A stretch of 64,000 nucleotides of DNA from Tubiluchus corallicola (Eukaryota > Animalia > Priapulida): assembly GCA_030141605.1 (NCBI GenBank), contig JAQGDQ010000030.1, forward strand, positions 226,748-290,747. Direction: 5' to 3'. Positions 55,481-64,000 of the stretch are shown here, piece after piece. Within the stretch, counting starts at the first letter, position 1. Each line of letters opens with the position of its first letter. A program made the translations under genes and the position numbers. The notes below the pieces were generated by a model, which saw nothing but the letters and a program-made list of their open reading frames with translations, was not told where the DNA came from and did no database searches.

Positions 55481-58400
55481 TAATTAACTAATGTTCATTT
55501 AGGAATATCCAGGTAAAATTTTGTGTGATAATAGAAAAAACAGTTTTAATAAGTCACAATCACCTAGATCTCATTGAAAGCAAAAATTGATATGGGAATA
55601 CACTAATTTCGTTGCACAGAATGGATGAACAATGAGTGCCTTCATGGGATATTTCCCTTGGGATTCTCTGGTTTTTCGCTTTTTCAAAGTCATATACACA
55701 TTATTTTGGGTGGAAATAATATAATCAGCTGTTTATTTGCGCCTAGTTCATCACCATTAACTTAGACGTACTTGTAACTCATTGTCTAAGCCAACTGTAT
55801 ACTAATACACCACCTTTGCAACTTTTCTTAGATGGACCTTGAAGGATTACAAATCCTCTCTGATGAACACTGATTACTTCAATTTCTCAAATACCTCTTG
55901 AAACGTGTTTGTTGTCTGAAACTCGTGTACACTCACTATTGGACCTAATTGGCGAAAATAAAAAATTATCCTAAAGTCGGTAAACCTTGAGTCCCCTGCA
56001 AGGTTAAACCAGTTTGACCCACACAATGTTTTGCATTTGGAAAGATTTTGTCCTATGTTCAACAAAAGGTGCTTGTAAATCGTAGCAGCCTGAGTGTTTC
56101 TTCTCCACTTGGGCAACCCCAAATACGTTTTGTAGGCATATTTTTAAAATTGGAACACTTTGATTTCAGCATACTTTTGAAATTTGTTATCCGTTAAATA
56201 AATATTGATCATGTTTTGCATACTCTAGTAGCAAATCCTGCTGAGCTAGTGCCTGAGGCTTATCCGTTTTGATATTTGCTGTCAAAGTGAATGTAATTTA
56301 TGCTTAATACTTTATTAAATAGCAAATATAATGAAGCTAATGGAAAAGCAAGAACTTGTAAATTATCTTTACTTCCGTCGAAATTCAAAACCAGTTCGCT
56401 CGCTTCAGCAATTTATGTGACTAAAATGTTCGTAATGCTTTAATAACTATAATTACTATGAAATATGAATGCCTGCATGCCATGTTGGTACAAATTTGCG
56501 GTTCATATGGTGATAAAATTGTTACAGTTTGCAATTTAATCGAATTGGGTGATTTGGGTTTATAGAAACTCTTGAGGATTAACCTTTTTTGACATGAAAG
56601 GCCTAGATGCCAATGACTTTTGATATTTAATTTCTGACACTTTTGTAATTTGATTTCAGAATTCATAGCAAAATTGTATGCAGGAAGAATTAGAGATTGC
56701 TGAAGAGTGTGCAATATGAAGTTACCAACAAAAAATTGCATTAAAAATTAACAAATAAGAGACATATCATTACTACAGGAAGAGATAACATTAAGAGAAA
56801 CATTAATTTAGGTGCATTCAACTGTTTAAAAGCGGTGATAGCAGCAAGAACTAAACACACTGACAGCATCAGCAATGACAAAAGCAACATTTACAGCCCA
56901 AAAATAATAGTTGAGGCAACAGCAGCAACAAGCATTGGCAGTAGTAGGAACTTCAGTGACAACAGCATCAACAAATAAAATACCAAGAATATTATTTGTC
57001 TAGTAATACCTGTACTTATAGAACTGTTTTCATTCAACTGTCTTTGCTCATGCCTCGGAACAAATGTATATATGGGTAAATGGCCTTTCATTCTAATTTT
57101 TTCCTGTGTGAAAAACCTCATTATCACCCACGAACCGCTACAATTCAAACATAATTCTCGCAAATAAATCAGGACTATCCTCTTCAAATTGTTCTTTTCT
57201 CTGGCATTATCTCTTACAAGTTCAGGGTCTTTATCGGTTATTGTTTTGTACTTTTTGAACAGTTCTTCAAAAGACTGATAATGTAGTCATTCAGAATACT
57301 TTGCATGGCTAATAATGCAGTACGTGCCAAAATGAACAATTTTTCCATGAATATAATAGCATTTAATCTACCACATCCTGTATTTTACTTGCTTAACGTC
57401 TCAGTACTGTTATAAGCAGGTAGGCACGGAAACTGCAGTACTGCACATAATTTACAAAGTTTCTTTGTGCTTATAACGTATTTCTTAAATTCTTCTGTAC
57501 TCCTTATTTTAGTTCAGCATTCAGTTAGACTTGTTATTCTTCCTTTATTGTAAAATATTGCATTTTGCAGAAACAATTTGCTTCGTCAGCTTATAAAAGT
57601 CAATAGTGCTCTGTAATAATTACATATTAAATATGCACATGTGTTAACTACTAATGTTAACTCTCTGGCAAAGCAGATAATTTCTGCTAAACTTATACAT
57701 GTCTTATATGTTTAATGGATGTTTGAAGCAAATATGCAGCACTTTTTTCATGCAAAACACAAAAATGTGCTAATTGAGAAGTTATTTTTACCTGAACCCG
57801 AAAATTACCTTTTATTTTTTCATTTACTCCACAAGATGTAGTGTTGCAGGTCTTAGCACATTAGATGTTGGGTAAAAATGGGGTTAAAGTTTCATGTTTA
57901 GTGTTTACCTTTGCTCCATGTGCAGTCAATATTGTGTAATTACAGAAGCCAGTAATAGATTACATTACATGCTGCTATTAAGCATGGAAATAGTGATTGA
58001 TTGATTGAGTTATGGCTTGACTTAAACATGCTGTTATTACAGTCAGAGTTATGGTGTAAACTACGTTGAATTTTATTGCAATGTGGCTCCATCTTTTGTG
58101 TGACTCTAATGAATCTTTATGGTAATAGTGTATTTGTTTTTTTCAGGTGCTGTTCCACACTTTCTGAATAACACTGAATAATAAAAATTCTTGCTAGTTT
58201 TGATAAAGTTTTTGGTTTTAAAGATTCATTTGTTATTGTTGATAAACACCATGACCACGGATGGCGTCAGCAAGTAGTAATTGCAACATACACAAGCAGC
58301 AATACAGTATAAATGGGCTGTGCACAGAAAGCCAAGTGTTATTATTTGTTAGATATCGAAGCCATAAATTTTAATATTATGCATAATAATAAGATAATGA

Positions 58401-60792
58401 GCTTTTCAGTTACACCAATTTAACTGTACTGTTACATATTAATTGAACTCATGCTAATATTTTACATATGTATTGGGTTTAGATATGATGTTAGTGTTTT
58501 GCTGGTACAGTACAAACATTTTTTATACCAAAGTTTTGTATAATGTATACTGTAAAGTTAGATGGTGTATTTTTGTAATATATGTTCTCTAGTTTGTGCT
58601 GGTCACTAACAAAGTTCTTTCTTGTGCCTAAAATTAACCGTATATATTGAAAGTGTGTGTATAATTACAATAGCATGGTACCTTATGCCTTGACTCGCTG
58701 AATGTCATAATTTTTGACCTTTGTAAGCATAATAATTTTAATTGTGCATATTTAATAAGTTTGTAATAATACAAAATTCTAACATTTGTCAGTGACTGAA
58801 TGTCCAAAACATTTCTTTACTATTACTCGTGTTGTGCTTTTAATTTTTGGCACCTTTTGAATTTTTATTCACGTTTTGTGTTTATCTGAGCCACCTGGCA
58901 AAGAGAAACGGAAATCTGCCCTTAATGTTCTGGCAGATATGGTTTCACCATTAATGTCAATATAGATTTGTTTATTATTAATAATGTCAGTTATGTCAAT
59001 AACAAAATTATTTTAGGTTATTTTAATTACTTCTCCGGTTAAAGAGAGTTCTGTCCGTTTATTAGAGGTGGGTAACGTTTTTATTTTAATACAAATGTGC
59101 ACACGTTTAAACTTCATGTCTTGCAACATGTACTCTGACAAAAATTACAGAAGAAATATTTTTTTAATACACTACTAGCGTGAAACTAATTCATGGTACT
59201 TTTTTCTTGTGCATTTTTTTGATTGCTCTTTTTGTTAGATAGTAAACAAGAGCCTAAAGAGAGTGTGTTTCAACCGTGTAAGTCTTACCTAGAGCTAAAT
59301 AGATTTACAGCCTTTTGTAACTTTTATTTTTGTCAAATGTGTGGTCGAACTGACTATACGACTTTTAAATATTTATTTACTAAATTAGTAAATGTGGTAG
59401 CATAATAGTGGTTAACACGTGTAAAGAGTTGTACACAAATATCATAACATGGGACCCTGGCAATGTGCCTTGTTACAGATGTTAAGTTTTTATTATAATG
59501 TACCTAGAAATTAACTTGAAAATTATCACTGTTAATAAGACTGCTATTGTAGCCCAAGATCATTGTGAAATTAATAATGGAGCATAATATTTTGCAAATT
59601 ATACTCTAAATCATGTCAATAAACAATTTGTCTCAATTTGCTCACAGTAAAAATGTCATAATCATTCATATTACATGTAATTATTACTGTCAGCTATTTT
59701 CGTTTTTTTTACATTTGTCTTCATTTTCATCGAAATAGGCCTATTTAAAAATGTACCCCGGGACAGTAGATTTTGTGCAGTTGCCCCTTTTGTTGCCTTA
59801 ATCATTGTACAACGATTACTGGTGCACTAGTTATTGCATGTTGTTGTCTATAAATTTATTTATCTTCGTATTAATAGTTGTTTGATTTTTCTAAGTGAGG
59901 CTTGATATTTTACTACGCTGCGAATTCCACAGTGTCAGTCTGTATATAGAAAATAAATTTCTTTGAATGCAAAATTTATACGTCTGTCTTTAGAGAATGT
60001 TTTGTACAAATGTTTTCTATTTCTGTTTCAGCTTAACTATAGCAAAACGAGTTTTGTTTTCTGGATTTTGGTTTTGTATAAATTAGAAGTGACATTTGTA
60101 TCAAGTGAAGACTAAAATACGTTATTGAGAAAACAATACAAAATGCCAAGGTATATCAAGCTCTAAAATTAACTTCATGAAACTATATGTAAACTATAGG
60201 TAAGCTGTACTAGCAAAATTATTGCTTAAAAGACAAAATCGGCATTGTTTTCTGAAACAATAATTTATTGCAAATAAGCCCTAGACATCAACTTAAGTAC
60301 ATGGATGTTTTGCAATGAAGCTTAAGTATTCGATAAGTCGCTATAAGCACAATATAATACACGAGAAGTAAGACATACAATAATGTGATTCTCGTACTGT
60401 TATTCTGAGACTCATCCAGTGAGGTTCACTGTTACAATTACAGTTACAACATGCATGGAAATTTTGCAAATGTAACCAAGGTGTAACTACATGTCTCAAA
60501 ACGAACTATAAAGGTTTATTTGAAGCAAGCATAAAATCAGAATGGAGCAACCACAATGACTGACATAACATTAATATTTATCACATCAAATGCTTTCTTA
60601 CAGCTGAAAATCCAAATTCATCAACAAAAACTTGAAGCCTTATATCTAGCAACTCCACAGCAAAAGACTGAAGATTGCATTGTATTTTGCTATGAATTAT
60701 GGAATATGGAACAGCAGAAGTACAAAAATGAATGTTGTTGCACGCACAACTAATTACAGTCTTTTGCAATTGTTTAGAGTAATAGTATAATA

Positions 60793-60982
60793 CAGTCAAA
60801 CCTTGTTATAACGCCACCTTTTATAATACCCACCTCACTTAACGCCAAAATTTTTGGCAAAACAAAATCTCCATATTCTTATAGGCATTAGGTGTACGTA
60901 TTAATGCACCTCGTTATAATCTCAAACTCGCTTTAATGCCAACCTTTTGCAGTCCAAAGCAGATGGTATAGAGGTTTAACTG
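60793..60982. mobile_element. Tc1/mariner (pogo/Tigger-like) MITE, about 190 bp
   Basis: TA|CAGTCAAACCT ... AGGTTTAACTG|TA: inverted termini with TA duplication; internal TAACGCCA-like repeats. Confidence 0.75.
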
Positions 60983-62233
60983 TAAATACTAATTTCATGA
61001 CAATCATCATGTGGGTGTTGGGTCTCGTGAAACTGTTTTCCCTACATTCTATAATAAATGATCTTAAACTTAAACTAGCAAAATCATTTGTGATATGCAA
61101 AGTAAACAGTAAAATTCATTGGATTTTCCATAGCTATACATGCAGCAACTATTACAGACCATTTAATAAAAGATTGGCAAGTTAATTTCTTATTATTGAA
61201 CTGCTATTATCTTGGTAATGACAGAGTAATCATAATGTGAAACGCCCAGCCTTTTAGTTTCTATATACCCACACTTACAAACACAGCCAACTTAAACGGC
61301 AAACACAATATATACTAGATTTTTTCACGAAATTCCAGTTCACGGGTACCTGTTGAATACTACAAATATTCAGAAATATTCTGCCTAATCTAAGTAATAT
61401 GTAACATGTTTTCAGTAATATATTTAGATAACTATACTTTTACTATCAGAGGCTATAACTAGGTCTTAGCTTTGCTCATTCAAACCTCACAAACGACGAA
61501 AATTCAAGGAAAATCTTGCATGCATGATTTCACAACACCCCATCCATGCTCTAAATATTGTTCTAAAATTGATGTTTCAAGGTGTATTCATTACGAAACA
61601 AGTAGAAGTTAAAAGTAACAAAATGTAGTCTGACAACAAAAATGACTAGAAGTTTAATACATCACATAGAAACATTATAAAACCATATTTAGTAAATGAA
61701 TTCACGATTATTATTAGAATCAAAACGAATTACATGTATCACAGATAGAATAGGAATAAAAGTAAACTATAATAAACACAACGTTCACTTGTCGGACATT
61801 TTCTTCTCTCATATATCTTTCATTCGCAAAGTGCAAAACACGAGCACATCGTGCCCTGCTGATTCAATTTACACTAAATTACCAACAATCAAACTCATCA
61901 AACACGTTCACCAATCATATCTTACTGCAAAGAGTTTGTGACTATCATAGTTCCAGGCAATAATTACGTGGTTCTTATTAACAACAATAACTAACAAATG
62001 CAATAATAACCATGCCTTAATTAACATAGACTTAAAGAGTGAATATTAATAATTTTAATAAAATCTGAAAAATTCACAATAAATAGCAACAAATAATTAC
62101 AGCAGATAACTGATTAAGAATAAGCAAAAAGCCAATAATAAGAAAGAATTATCTCACATTTACGTTACCACAGATGTACATCTATTTCTTTACAAATATG
62201 ACAAAAACATCTTATAGGCACACCACACAATAA

Positions 62234-62779
62234 GGGGCCATCCACACAACAATATCAAGTTTTCAAGGGGCCAATTTCCAGGACCTACCTACCTTGCATT
62301 ATAATAATGTTATCGTATGCCCAACCACCTACCTACCCCTTATACTGATATCGATATCACATCAATGTAGCTTTTTGGACATTTTACTCTTCCTCCTTCC
62401 AAAGGACTTGCACTTACACTAGGCAGTTTTCTATGAAACTATAAGCAGTTTACACAAGACAGTGTGCAAATTCACAATTGGCATGTATCTGGGGAAAGTT
62501 ATAGTGTGTTCTTTTTAGCCATAGCGGCGATTGAAGAAGTTTATCACAAACAAACACAGGGAACCAAGATTTCGTGGAGAAATTGAAAAAAATGGCAGTC
62601 TGCTGGGGTCAGCGCAAAATGGCTGTCGTCTGTTGCTGGCATGCGCGAGTGAAAAAAGCATGATCAGATAACGATATCATGACTAAATCACCAATCTACC
62701 TTGAATTATAATGGCATTATCAAGTGTGCAGCCACCTACCTATACCCTAAACTTGATATCATTATATGTGGATGGCACC
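62234..62779. mobile_element. PIF/Harbinger (Tourist-like) MITE
   Basis: TAA|GGGGCCATCCACA..ATATCAAGTTT and AAACTTGATAT..TGTGGATGGCACC|TAA: about 30-bp imperfect TIRs, TAA duplication, internal CCTACCTACC repeats. Confidence 0.7.
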
Positions 62780-63346
62780 TAATAATCAAAATATAATTAA
62801 CTTTCTCCACGCCATTCAGAAGAAAATATTCAGTTTGCGACCAACTTTTGATTATTATGAAAAACTGGGCTAAAATCCTTACAAAATCTACTGACAAACA
62901 CTAGCTGTCGACTGGTCTATCACCACAATTTCGCCGACTTTTTAAATTAGTTTACAAAAGATGGTCCCAAGCAGTTTTCACGTTTCACAGTAGATGTCAC
63001 TAGCATACCCTTCTCAGATGCTATACACCATGCCACATGATAACATTGCTATGTTTAACCTCCCCGATTTCGCATTTTAGTCGGTGAGTATCATCTTCTA
63101 TTTCATATAAACCAGTACTCGACGGAAGGATAAGGTAACGATTAAATAGCCCAGCGGAAGAGATAACGCGACGCCCGGTGTGCCAGGGTGAAAGAGGGGG
63201 CTCCCCGGTACCAACACCTAAAAATAAGATTAAATGGTTTACCAAATTATTATTATTATTAATTTGTGTAATCTGCTAAAATGCACTTTTCTAAAGGTCT
63301 CAGGCTAAAACAAGTATTAGGAGAACAACAAGCCATGACAAAGGTA

Positions 63347-63520
<174 letters not shown>

Positions 63521-64000
63521 CAAGACAAAAAGTCTCAGCAGGTATACAAAAAACATGAACTTTTAGCAGAGCAGCTACTGTCATGAATATGCCGAGTATT
63601 ATCCTGTTCTAGAAGGCTTCTCTCAAACAAAAAAATGCACAAAGTATCTATTAAGCCTAAAAGGCTCACCTGTTATAACCTGCACATCACCGGTGGCTAA
63701 AGAGATAAATAATAAATTTGCCTTATCCATCGATGTCAAGTACAAGTCGTAGCCGTTAGTTCCTAATGATGGATGAAATGCAACGTACGAAACGGCCAAT
63801 GTTGTACGTATGTCGTAAAGGTAAGATATTTCTGAAAAATAAAAATTTATATTTAAAGATGCTTGAACTTTGATTGCATTACATCATCAGGCAAAGCGTG
63901 AATATTCATTTCCTTTTCTATTTATAGGTGTTGGCATAGTTCATGACCAAGTTCTTACACTGTACACTTTGTGTATATGCCTTGTGAGTGACTGAGTTCG

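Noticed and set aside
63021-63245. GC-richer segment with a 74-aa minus-strand ORF
   Set aside because: No recognisable domain or splice support; may be an interspersed repeat but cannot be shown here.

Overview
AT-rich animal (probably invertebrate) nuclear DNA with spliceosomal introns; most short ORFs in the track are noise or exon fragments. Two + strand genes can be assembled by hand from GT-AG sites with consistent intron phase. Gene 1 (6782-22988, 16 coding exons, about 1444 aa) is a class C (mGluR-like) GPCR with an unusual architecture: signal peptide, TWO tandem Venus flytrap (VFT) domains, each followed by a 3-cysteine mini-linker instead of the 9-Cys cysteine-rich domain, a complete class C 7TM, and a tail with five RxG[S/T][L/V] repeats. 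Neither VFT keeps a recognisable glutamate-binding signature. This double-flytrap orphan receptor is the best candidate for an undescribed system. Gene 2 (about 44519-54906, 3 coding exons, one of 6.2 kb, about 2636 aa) is an unidentified coiled-coil plus acidic disordered protein rich in short docking motifs; an RFX X-box/CRE cluster lies upstream. The rest holds LINE relics, MITE-like elements, a palindromic tRNA-derived repeat family and microsatellites. No database search was run, so novelty is a hypothesis.
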